A stretch of DNA of 64,000 bases, taken from positions 995-64,994 of the forward strand of contig JBMORL010000103.1 in assembly GCA_049322335.1 (NCBI GenBank), given 5' to 3'. The notes beneath the pieces were generated by a model. That model did no database searches. It was not told the origin of the DNA and saw nothing but the letters and a program-made list of their open reading frames with translations. The first letter of the stretch is position 1. Every line of letters starts with the position of its first letter. The position numbers and the translations under genes are program-made. Source of the DNA: Bacteroidota bacterium. Its GTDB lineage: Bacteria > Bacteroidota > Bacteroidia > Flavobacteriales_D > UBA2798. Positions 48,287-57,526 of the stretch are shown piece after piece.

Positions 48287-50319
48287 TTTTGTCTTACCAC
48301 TGTAATCGTTCCTTTTATTTTATCTTTTCCGTTGTTGAGGTCGATGATGAAATAATATACACCTGCAGGCAATCCTTCTGCATTCCAGTTGTTGTAATAG
48401 GGTGCGGACTGATAAACCAGTTGTCCCCTTCGGTTATAAATTTCCACTTTGTGCCCTTCGTATTGCTGAATGTAGTCGATTATCCAAGAGTCATTTTTTC
48501 CATCACCATCTGGAGTAATAGTGTTGGGCGGATCAAAACAAGCTTCCACTTCGAATGACGATTGGATGGAGCAATTGCTGTTTTGAATAGTTACAGTATA
48601 CGATCCCGTTGTGGCAACAGAAATAGTTTGTGTGGTATCGCCAGTATTCCACAAATAGTAACAACCCGGGTTTCCTGCATCAAGAAGGGCAGCGTCTCCC
48701 TGGCAAACATAATAGCTGTTTTGTACAGGAAAATCCGGATAACTGAAATTTTCAACCCGCACGGTATCTGTGGCAATGCAGTAACCGTTATCAGCCGCTA
48801 CCCAAAATGTATCGGATGTGATTACAGAAATGGTGGACGTGGTTTCACCGGTAGACCATTGGTAGGTGCAATTGGGGTTGGTGGCGTCCAGGGTAATAGC
48901 ATCAGTTCCGCAGGTGTATTGATAACCGCCTAAGTTTACCTGTGGCACTTTGTCGCAATATTTACTGCAATAAATACCATTTTCAATTTCACCATTGAGC
49001 TCAATCACACCATAACCGCCTCTTGTGGCGCCAATAGAATCTCCGTTACAGGCGGCAGTAGATAAAACAACAACCCCGGGATTTCCTCCATATAACGTGG
49101 CAGAGATAGTAGCAGGTAAAGAAGAAGAGCTTACTCTCAGTAATCCTCCTGCACCACCACCACCGGGTCCAAAGCAACGGTCGGTGTTGGCAGCAATGGA
49201 AGCATCCATATCACCGCCATTACCTCCATGCACATCAATAGTTAGAGTTGTATTTATAGTATCGCAAATAATCAATACTGATCCTCCTGCTCCGCCACCA
49301 CCTGCGCCATCACCATGAGCCTGTAATGCGTTGGTTCCATATCCGCTAACGGTTTGCGAATTGCCGTTAATCTGGTCTGAAACAATAATTACAATTCCTC
49401 CGCCATCACCGCCATCGGTAGGCCAGGGAATACTGTTGGAATGTCCCGCACCACCACCACCACCTAAAAACAAGCGTTCATTGTTACTGGATAAACTTCT
49501 TCCGCCCAGCCCGGGAAAATATCCTTTGCAGTTAAATGCACCGGGATCCTGGTTTTCACCGCCAATTCCACCTGCAGCAATATTTCCACCACCGCCACCA
49601 CCTGAATTGTGGTCGTTGCCACCACCACCGCCATTTCCTCTCGGGCCGCGACCCGCCCGTTCATTGTTATTGGTTACTTCTGCCACTCCCTCCCCTTTAT
49701 ATGCGCCAAGTCCTGTTGTAATATCGTAATTGAAATTATCGTTTTGCGATAAAATATTGCAGGAGTAGGTAGAAGTATTATGCACTGCTTTTCTGAATCC
49801 TTTTCCCGAAACATCTATTCCCGACTGGAAATCGAGCGTCCCCGAGTTAAAAATAACTACTATGCCACCGGTAGTTCCGTTCCAGGGAGCGCAGGTGATG
49901 GTTCCGGTGATAACGGCATTGGTATAACGGTTTACGGGTATAAGCTGTATGTGGCCGCTGGCATCATAATTGTGTTTGAATTTCTTTTTAAAATGAATGG
50001 TATTGCCCGAAATATCGCATACTTCCACCATTTCCCAACTGCCGGCACCATTGAAAGAGGTGACATTGCCATTGTCGGCAACATTATTGGAAATATCAAT
50101 ATCAGCTCCCTGCATCTGGATAATGATCAGCGTATCGTGAATATTAATTCCGGAAACAGAAACCACATCCACGGCAGCCTGGTTGTTATTTACACCCGTA
50201 ACTTCAATATAGGAATTAATTATTCCTGAAATGTTTTGTGAATAAGCGGTGAGAATAAATACAAATTCCGAAATAACAAGAATGAGTAATGTTTTAAATA
50301 TGTAAGAAAGATTATTCAT
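48283..50319 (-). CDS. Glycine-rich T9SS type B CTD protein
   Basis: Signal peptide; IIQMQGA, WNGTTGGIV, poly-Gly tracts, WSTG/WNTG Ig-like units, and a C-terminal PNTITPDGDGKND...IYNRRG...GVYYF. Confidence 0.9.
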   Translation of the reverse strand: MNNLSYIFKTLLILVISEFVFILTAYSQNISGIINSYIEVTGVNNNQAAVDVVSVSGINIHDTLIIIQMQGADIDISNNVADNGNVTSFNGAGSWEMVEVCDISGNTIHFKKKFKHNYDASGHIQLIPVNRYTNAVITGTITCAPWNGTTGGIVVIFNSGTLDFQSGIDVSGKGFRKAVHNTSTYSCNILSQNDNFNYDITTGLGAYKGEGVAEVTNNNERAGRGPRGNGGGGGNDHNSGGGGGGNIAAGGIGGENQDPGAFNCKGYFPGLGGRSLSSNNERLFLGGGGGAGHSNSIPWPTDGGDGGGIVIIVSDQINGNSQTVSGYGTNALQAHGDGAGGGGAGGSVLIICDTINTTLTIDVHGGNGGDMDASIAANTDRCFGPGGGGAGGLLRVSSSSLPATISATLYGGNPGVVVLSTAACNGDSIGATRGGYGVIELNGEIENGIYCSKYCDKVPQVNLGGYQYTCGTDAITLDATNPNCTYQWSTGETTSTISVITSDTFWVAADNGYCIATDTVRVENFSYPDFPVQNSYYVCQGDAALLDAGNPGCYYLWNTGDTTQTISVATTGSYTVTIQNSNCSIQSSFEVEACFDPPNTITPDGDGKNDSWIIDYIQQYEGHKVEIYNRRGQLVYQSAPYYNNWNAEGLPAGVYYFIIDLNNGKDKIKGTITVVRQK

Positions 50320-51094
50320 GGATAAAAATCCTGAAATGTTTCACGGATGATTCTGAAGAAAGGGAAATGGTATATATTCCGCTGGATAAAACGGAAAGAT
50401 CGATATTTTGTGATGAAGTGAAGACCTGGTGATAAACTATTTTTCCATTCATTCCTGTTATAGCACAATTTGTTTTTTCCGGCAGGGAATTTTGAATGGA
50501 AATTTCGGAACCGTTTTGAATAATAGTGAAAACGGATGAAAATATTTCACTTACTCCCACCATTTGCCCCGCGATAATGGGCGCTTCGGCACCGGTGCTG
50601 TAGGCATAATCTTTTATTATAAACGACAAACCATCTGTTCCTACACTCATTCTGCACCAGCCATAAAAAGTATTGGTGGCTACCTGGAAGCGAAGTCCCA
50701 TATAGTAATCGTTTCCTGTAATCCAGGGTCCTTGCGGATAGGGAGTATTGTTGATATAAATAATTCCTCCTGCGGGAAGTACACCGGCCTGGTAAGGCAG
50801 GGAGGCGTCAATAAGTGTTCCGTAGGTCAGGGCATCGAGAAAATCCATGAAGCTATTGACAAAAACAGCATCATTGTTATAGAGAGAAATCAGTTCCACG
50901 CCTTCAAGACTGTCTACAACAATAGAATCAAGTTGTTTGATCTGGTAATCGCTGGTGCCATCGTTATTGATGTCGAGAAAATAAGATTGATCGATACCGA
51001 AAGCGAGGTCGGGATTGACATCGGTATAAACGATTTGGGCATTAAGAAAAAGGCCGGCAAAGATGAAGAGCAGGGTGGTAAAGAATTTCTTCAT
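50312..51094 (-). CDS. Small T9SS type A cargo protein
   Basis: Signal peptide; IVYTDVNPD..LDINNDG..DY, YMGLRF, FYGWCR, KDYAY; C-terminal IDLSVLSSGIYTI. Confidence 0.82.
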   Translation of the reverse strand: MKKFFTTLLFIFAGLFLNAQIVYTDVNPDLAFGIDQSYFLDINNDGTSDYQIKQLDSIVVDSLEGVELISLYNNDAVFVNSFMDFLDALTYGTLIDASLPYQAGVLPAGGIIYINNTPYPQGPWITGNDYYMGLRFQVATNTFYGWCRMSVGTDGLSFIIKDYAYSTGAEAPIIAGQMVGVSEIFSSVFTIIQNGSEISIQNSLPEKTNCAITGMNGKIVYHQVFTSSQNIDLSVLSSGIYTISLSSESSVKHFRIFIHE

Positions 51095-51337
51095 AGCAGG
51101 GAGATTTCTATAAAAATACGAAAAGGAATGAAATAATCACAATGGTTTTGCATCAACTTCGGGTAATAATTGACAAAAGGGGGAATATGGTTGGTGAATG
51201 GGGGGGTAATGGTGGGCAAGAACTATCCAGCATTGGTAATATCCAGTGGTCATGCGATGCTATTACAGAGAGATGTTTTTGATAGGCGTGAAAATTATGT
51301 TAAAAAAATTGTGCGAAAACTGCACTATAGTTTTTAT

Positions 51338-52231
51338 TTATTTGTAATACTCAAATTTTCGATTTACTTCAACAATATTTTTATTAATTATATAATTAAT
51401 ACTATCATTTTCTATACCATTCACACCTGATACTATATTTTGCACAATCCAATTATTCATGGAATCGTATTCATAAAAAAAACTTTTCTGGTTTGACATC
51501 TTTGAATTCCTGATTTCTTTGATAAGCAAAATGTTTTGATAATTGTCATAATCAAATAACATTTTTGAACGGGTATTTATTCTATCAGAGATATAGGTTG
51601 TTGTACTAACTTCTTTTGGGAAACTTCTTTCATTGTTTATAAAAGTTGATTCAAATGCTAATTCCCCATCATGCCAAAGTCTTTGACTTATTAAAGCACC
51701 ATTTTCATCATACATATAAATAATTTTTCCTGATAATTTCCCCTTTAAAAACTGGTACTCTTGTGACTTTTCATTTTTCAAATTAAAGTACTGAAGATTA
51801 ATTATGTTATTGTTAAAATCTTTTGTTACACAAAACTTATAAAAACGAGTCTTTATGCATTCGTATTCGAATCTCAAAGTATCGTTTTCATAAACGGTCA
51901 TATTTTTCAAGTCATTATCCGACTCATACGTAAACAGGTTCTTTGTATTGATCCTTCCCAAAGTATCATAATTGATTTGTTGAGCTATGAAACCAGAAGT
52001 ATTAAAAATGGTTATTTGGTAAGACTGTGTAGATGTATCTCCAATGCTGTGTGGTTGATATAGAGTAACGGATTTAACAGAACCATTAATATTTGCTTTT
52101 TGCAAATCATTTTTGTGTGTAGGGTATTTATTAAAAGTAGTGGCGTTTTTTTCAGAACACCCTATTATACAAACTATAATGCAAATATTGATAATAAAAT
52201 TGCTCATTAATTTGCATGATAATATTGGCAA
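51338..52231 (-). CDS. AT-rich lipoprotein with YD/RHS-like beta repeats
   Basis: IIGC lipobox; NGSVKSV; YDTLG, YDENG, YDNYQN, YEYDSMNNWI motifs; begins just after the transporter stop. Confidence 0.72.
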   Translation of the reverse strand: MPILSCKLMSNFIINICIIVCIIGCSEKNATTFNKYPTHKNDLQKANINGSVKSVTLYQPHSIGDTSTQSYQITIFNTSGFIAQQINYDTLGRINTKNLFTYESDNDLKNMTVYENDTLRFEYECIKTRFYKFCVTKDFNNNIINLQYFNLKNEKSQEYQFLKGKLSGKIIYMYDENGALISQRLWHDGELAFESTFINNERSFPKEVSTTTYISDRINTRSKMLFDYDNYQNILLIKEIRNSKMSNQKSFFYEYDSMNNWIVQNIVSGVNGIENDSINYIINKNIVEVNRKFEYYK

Positions 52232-52237
52232 ATTGTT

Positions 52238-54031
52238 TTATTTTACCTCCATCATCAGCTTGCGCACAAGCGGAGAAATAAGAATAAGCGCCACCCCACA
52301 TATCATGGCATAAATGGTAAGTTGATGATACCCGTCTGTATAGCATTGCAACCTTTCGATAGGAACAGGTTGAACAACGGGGCTCAATTCTTTATTTTTA
52401 CTCATATCATCAAGGATATTTTGAGGCACGTCTACCGTTTCTGTGCCGTCATTGTCTAATGATGTAACCATAAAAGATACTATTTCATCTTTTTCTTTTT
52501 TTACAAGGGTATTTTTTTCTTTATCGAGAACTTCCCATTTTGCTTCACTCTTTTTTCCTTTTTCGCCATTGAATATGATCTCCACTTTTTTGAAATCGCC
52601 TTTTACTTCTGCAGTATCTGCCCATGTTATATTGGTCATATTATCTGTTTCAGCTTTCGTTAATTCAATTTTATATTCACCTGTAGAAGCCATTCCTGCG
52701 CCCAGAACTCCTGCAAAATATTGTCCGTAGGCGCTGGCGAGAAACCACATCCCCATAATGATTCCGAACATTCTCCTGGGGGCAAGTTTGGTCATAGCGG
52801 AAAGTCCAATTGGAGATAAACACAATTCTCCTAACGTAATGACAAGATAGGCAAACGTAAACACCATAAGCGAACTTATGCCATCTGCGCCTGCATAACC
52901 GATAAGCATATGAAATACATAGAATGCTAATCCAAGAAAAATAAATCCGAGTCCGAATTTTATAACGGTATTTGGTTCAGCTTTGCGTTTGTTCATCCAC
53001 AACCAGAACAAACCAAAAACAGGGCTCAGTAAAATTACAAAAAGCGAATTCGCGGAATTATTCACTTCATTAGGATCAAGTGTAATGCCTGCCATTTCAT
53101 GTGAAGTATGTTCCCGTGCTACGAGTGAGAGTGATCCACCGCTTTGTTCGAAGAATGCCCAGAAGAAAATGGAAAATACGATAAAGACGAGTGCGGCAAA
53201 AAGTTTTGACCGTTCATCACGGGTGGATTTAAGGGTTTCAATTAAAAAATAAATCAAGGCCAGAGGGCCTACTATGAACATGAAAATATCAGTATAGGCG
53301 GAATTTGAAATAAGAAGCAGGATTAAAGGAATTGATATAAGTGATCCGATATAAACCATCAGTTGATACATGTTTGCTTTGCTGGTGGTCATTCCTTCTT
53401 TTGAGAGTAGTGGTGAAAACCCGAGAGGACCTAATCCTTTTTGTCCTGCTGTAAAAATGACCAATCCTAACATCATGGCAATTGCCGCGCTGTAAAAAGC
53501 ATATTCCCATCCGTAATTACTTCCCAGGTTAAAGCATAGGTATCCACCCAATAATGCACCAATATTTATTCCGGAATAGAATAATGAAAAACCCGCATCT
53601 CTGCGCTGATCTCCATCATTGTAAAGCATACCTACCACACCTGAAATATTCGGTTTGAAAAAACCGGTACCTACAATAGAAATACTTGTTCCGATGAAAA
53701 ATAAATCATCCGGGGAAAAAGCAATGGTTAATGAACCAAGGATCATAAGCACTGCACCCCAGAAAATTGATTTCCGGAACCCAAGAATTTTATCCGCAAA
53801 CATTCCGCCTACAAAAGTCATAGTGTATACAAATGCCTGTATTGCGCCATATTTGAGGTTGGCATCCGGACGTAACATTCCGAGACGTTCAACCATAAAT
53901 ACGGTTAGTACACCACGCATTCCGTAGAAGCAGAATCGCTCCCACATTTCGGAAGCGAAAAGGAACCAGATTTGTTTAGGATATTTCCCTTTAAAATCCC
54001 TGATTTCTTCGATGGTTAGTTCTTTGCTCAT
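52238..54031 (-). CDS. POT/PTR proton-dependent oligopeptide transporter
   Basis: EMWERFCFYGMR (ExxERFxYY-like), GTGFFKPNIS, FSLFYSGINIG, GELCLSPIG. Confidence 0.93.
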   Translation of the reverse strand: MSKELTIEEIRDFKGKYPKQIWFLFASEMWERFCFYGMRGVLTVFMVERLGMLRPDANLKYGAIQAFVYTMTFVGGMFADKILGFRKSIFWGAVLMILGSLTIAFSPDDLFFIGTSISIVGTGFFKPNISGVVGMLYNDGDQRRDAGFSLFYSGINIGALLGGYLCFNLGSNYGWEYAFYSAAIAMMLGLVIFTAGQKGLGPLGFSPLLSKEGMTTSKANMYQLMVYIGSLISIPLILLLISNSAYTDIFMFIVGPLALIYFLIETLKSTRDERSKLFAALVFIVFSIFFWAFFEQSGGSLSLVAREHTSHEMAGITLDPNEVNNSANSLFVILLSPVFGLFWLWMNKRKAEPNTVIKFGLGFIFLGLAFYVFHMLIGYAGADGISSLMVFTFAYLVITLGELCLSPIGLSAMTKLAPRRMFGIIMGMWFLASAYGQYFAGVLGAGMASTGEYKIELTKAETDNMTNITWADTAEVKGDFKKVEIIFNGEKGKKSEAKWEVLDKEKNTLVKKEKDEIVSFMVTSLDNDGTETVDVPQNILDDMSKNKELSPVVQPVPIERLQCYTDGYHQLTIYAMICGVALILISPLVRKLMMEVK

Positions 54032-54048
54032 ATATTTTATTTAAAAAA

Positions 54049-55857
54049 TTAATTAACTCCTTTTTCTTTCATTACTTTTTTCAGCCAGCTGAGCTGAACA
54101 AATAAAAATAAAGCGGCACCCATACAGGCGGCAAAATTGATCCAGAAAAAATTGGCTTTGTTGTCCATGCCTTCCCATAATCCCGACATAATTCCGGATA
54201 ATTTATTTCCAACGCTCGTTGATAAAAACCATCCACCCATCATCAGTGCTGTTAAGCGCGGGGGAGAAAGTTTGGATACCAGTGATAATCCCATCGGTGA
54301 TAAACACAATTCTCCAATAGTAATTACTCCATAAGAAGTAAACAGCCACCAGATACTGGCTTTTTCGTTGCCCAGGTCAACGGCACTTACTGCAGCCACC
54401 ATCACCACAGTAGATAAACCGGTGATAAAAAGTCCTGCTGTAATTTTAGAAGGAGTTGAAGGTTCTATGTTTCTTCTGCGCATCCATCCGAATAACCCAA
54501 CTACAACTGGTGTAAGCACTACTACCCAAAACGGGTTGATGGATTGAAATAATTCTGTAGAAATAAGCAATAATGATTTATCGGGGCCCGGAACTTCTTC
54601 CTTTGGTAAATTAGAAAAATAAGCCCATGACTCCTGTTTTTTTAAATCTGCTTTCAGAGATTTTATAATTAAAGTATCTGCCTTTGCTTTTGTAAGGGAA
54701 TCGATTTCGTGTTTAAGAGAGTGAATGAGTTTATCGTTCTCGAATTTATTTACCTTCAACACACCTGGATCATAAAATACTTTTTCACGGAACATTGCTT
54801 TTGAACTGGTTGTATCGGAAACAGATAATGTTCTGTCAGTGTGTTCCTGCGCAAATACAGTAAGCGCATCTCCATTTTGGTGAAATACTGCCCAGAAAAC
54901 AATAACGCCAAAGAAAACGGATAACAATGCGCCAACGGGTTTGCGGTCTTCTTCATTAGCTCTGAATAAAAGGGAAAGATAAAAAACTACAACGGGAATA
55001 CAACCGATAAGAAATGCGTCATTGGAGTCGGATCCAAAAATATTTCCGCCAGGGTTATCAGCATCAGTAACACCCATAATGAAATAACCTACCACGCCAA
55101 AACCAAAAACAGGAAGTAAAACCATTCCGAAAATTTTGGCAAGAGAAAGGTCTTTCGGATCTTTTGGTTTTATTTTATCTGCATACTCCACGTGTTTAGT
55201 ACCCAGCATAAAAATAATAAGTCCAAGTGTCATTCCTACACCGGCAGCAATGAAAGCTGATCCCCATCCATATTCATTGCGAAGGTAAGCCGCAACGAAA
55301 TTGCAGATAAATGAACCGATATTGATTCCGAGATAAAATATATTGTAGCCGGCATCTTTCCTTGCTGTATACCGCGGATCGTTATATAAATTTCCGACCA
55401 GTGTGGATATGTTAGGCTTAAAAAAACCATTTCCGAGAATAATTAAAAGCAGAGAAGGAAAAAATGCCTCTGCAGAATTGGATAATCCTAAACCATAATA
55501 ACCCAATGCCATCAGTATTCCCCCCAGGATGATGGATCTGCGGTATCCAAAGAGGCGGTCGGCAAGTAATCCCCCTATAAAAGGGGTAAGATATACCAAT
55601 CCGATATAGGTTCCGTAAATATCAGATTTCATCGCGCTGGAAAATCCCATTCCACCATTTTCTACATTGTCAAGCATGTAAAGTGAAAAAATTCCGATCA
55701 TCAGGTAAAATCCAAATCGCTCCCACATTTCGGTGAAGAACAAAACGGATAATCCTTTTGGGTGTCTCTTGCCGGAATAATTAGGGTCCCGCATTTCATG
55801 CCCTGTATTTTTTTTCGGTTCAAAATCGCTGTCAATGATGGTTGATTCGTCAGACAT
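54049..55857 (-). CDS. POT/PTR proton-dependent oligopeptide transporter
   Basis: EMWERFGFY, GNGFFKPNIS, YNIFYLGINIG, FQSINP, GELCLSPMG. Confidence 0.93.
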   Translation of the reverse strand: MSDESTIIDSDFEPKKNTGHEMRDPNYSGKRHPKGLSVLFFTEMWERFGFYLMIGIFSLYMLDNVENGGMGFSSAMKSDIYGTYIGLVYLTPFIGGLLADRLFGYRRSIILGGILMALGYYGLGLSNSAEAFFPSLLLIILGNGFFKPNISTLVGNLYNDPRYTARKDAGYNIFYLGINIGSFICNFVAAYLRNEYGWGSAFIAAGVGMTLGLIIFMLGTKHVEYADKIKPKDPKDLSLAKIFGMVLLPVFGFGVVGYFIMGVTDADNPGGNIFGSDSNDAFLIGCIPVVVFYLSLLFRANEEDRKPVGALLSVFFGVIVFWAVFHQNGDALTVFAQEHTDRTLSVSDTTSSKAMFREKVFYDPGVLKVNKFENDKLIHSLKHEIDSLTKAKADTLIIKSLKADLKKQESWAYFSNLPKEEVPGPDKSLLLISTELFQSINPFWVVVLTPVVVGLFGWMRRRNIEPSTPSKITAGLFITGLSTVVMVAAVSAVDLGNEKASIWWLFTSYGVITIGELCLSPMGLSLVSKLSPPRLTALMMGGWFLSTSVGNKLSGIMSGLWEGMDNKANFFWINFAACMGAALFLFVQLSWLKKVMKEKGVN

Positions 55858-56032
55858 TTTTCAGGTTTTTTAGAAGTGTCGAATATAGGAAAAGTTAATG
55901 GAATTGAACCCTACATTTTTGAAGAAGAAAAAATAACATAAATTATTGAAAAACAGACAATTAAAATAACAAGGAGAATGACATTTCTATGACAAAACCA
56001 AATCATTAAATACAGACTGAAAGATAGGCGCG

Positions 56033-56085
56033 GATTGCCACCATCGAAGACTCCTCTGTCTGCGGACAGGCAGGCTTGCAATGAC
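56033..56085 (+). repeat. GATTGC...GCAATGAC-family REP-like element with a ~19-bp palindromic insert
   Basis: GATTGCCACCATCGAAGACTCCT [CTGTCTGCGGACAGGCAGG] CTTGCAATGAC. Confidence 0.75.
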
Positions 56086-56112
56086 GCACTAAATCGGGAT
56101 AGAAATCAAAAA

Positions 56113-57519
56113 TCACAAATCATCCGGAAAAATCTTCCCGGGATTTAAAATTCCTTTGGGGTCGAAAAGATCTTTTATGCCTTTCATTAATTTTAATTCG
56201 GTTTTGGTGAAGGCAATGTCCATATAGTTTTTTTGTACCCAGCCAATACCATGTTCGCCCGACAAAGTTCCTCCCAGTTTAACGGTAAGTTCAAATATTT
56301 CCCGAATAGCAAGGGGTAATTCGTTAGTCCATTTTTCATCAGGCAGATCGCCTTTGATGATGTTAACGTGCAGGTTTCCGTCTCCGGCATGTCCGTAGCA
56401 TACGCTTTTAAAACCGTATTTGCTGCCGATGGATTTTACGCCTTCCAGCAACCGTGGCAGTTCGTAGCGGGGCACCACAGTATCTTCTTCTTTATAAACG
56501 GAATTGGATTTTACCGCTTCGGCCACACGCCTTCTCATTTTCCAGAGCTGTTCTTTTTGTTCTGCTGTATCGGCAAAAAGAATTTCATCGCATTCAAATT
56601 GCTGCAGCACTTCCGAAATTTTTTCAGCGTCTTTATATAAAACATCCAAATCCTGTCCATCCACTTCAATGAGCAAATGCGCTTTGATTTCGTCTTTTAT
56701 AGAAATGGTTATTCCGTCTACATATTTTAATGTCCAGTCGATCGCATCCCGTTCCATAAACTCCAGTGCACTGGGTGTTATGCCGGCACGGAACACAGCT
56801 GAAACTGCTTCACAGGCTTTGGTGGCTGAGAAAAAAGGAACAAGCATCAGCACATTTTGTGAAGGCCAGGGAATGAGTTTTAAAACCGCTTTGGTAATAA
56901 TTCCCAGTGTGCCTTCGCTGCCTGTCATTAACTGTGTAAGATTATATCCTGTTGAATTTTTCAATGTGTTGGCACCTGTCCATATAATTTCTCCGTTGGG
57001 AAGAACCACTTCCAGGTTTAAGACATAATCTTTGGTGACGCCATATTTTACAGCGCGCGGGCCACCTGCATTCTCGGCTAAATTTCCCCCGATGAAACAG
57101 GAACCTCTTGAAGAAGGATCGGGCGGATAGAATAATTTTTTTTCGATCACTGCTTCCTGCAATACTTGCGTAATGACTCCCGGTTCTACAGTTACCTGCA
57201 GATTTTTCTCATCTATTTCAATAATTTTATTGAACCTTTCCATCGACAACCCCACACCACCTTTTACGGCCAGTGCTCCTCCGCTTAAGCCTGTGCGGGC
57301 GCCCATCGGTGTAACGGGGATAGCATAATCGTAGCAGAGTTTCATTATTTGTGAAACTTCTTCGGTTGTTCCGGGTTTAACCACTATTTGCGGAGGAAAA
57401 CGGAGGTCTTCTGTTTCATCGTGGGAGTAATTTTCAATTATTAGATTATCTAAAAAAACAAAACCGGAACCCAATATTTCAGCAAATTCATCAAAAATAT
57501 TTTTTTGAATGAGTTTCAT
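56113..57519 (-). CDS. FAD-linked oxidase, GlcD/D-2-hydroxyacid dehydrogenase family
   Basis: GARTGLSGG, PPDPSS, NAGGPRAVKYG, GSEGTLG, GHAGDGNLH, SGEHGIG, DPKGILNPGK. Confidence 0.93.
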   Translation of the reverse strand: MKLIQKNIFDEFAEILGSGFVFLDNLIIENYSHDETEDLRFPPQIVVKPGTTEEVSQIMKLCYDYAIPVTPMGARTGLSGGALAVKGGVGLSMERFNKIIEIDEKNLQVTVEPGVITQVLQEAVIEKKLFYPPDPSSRGSCFIGGNLAENAGGPRAVKYGVTKDYVLNLEVVLPNGEIIWTGANTLKNSTGYNLTQLMTGSEGTLGIITKAVLKLIPWPSQNVLMLVPFFSATKACEAVSAVFRAGITPSALEFMERDAIDWTLKYVDGITISIKDEIKAHLLIEVDGQDLDVLYKDAEKISEVLQQFECDEILFADTAEQKEQLWKMRRRVAEAVKSNSVYKEEDTVVPRYELPRLLEGVKSIGSKYGFKSVCYGHAGDGNLHVNIIKGDLPDEKWTNELPLAIREIFELTVKLGGTLSGEHGIGWVQKNYMDIAFTKTELKLMKGIKDLFDPKGILNPGKIFPDDL

Positions 57520-57526
57520 AATGGAA

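Noticed and set aside
49020-49720. CCA/CCG/CCT triplet runs as a DNA repeat element
   Set aside because: They encode the poly-glycine tracts of the type B cargo protein.
51338-52231. RHS toxin
   Set aside because: Only about 297 aa, with a lipobox and no RHS core end motif, toxin tip or immunity gene.
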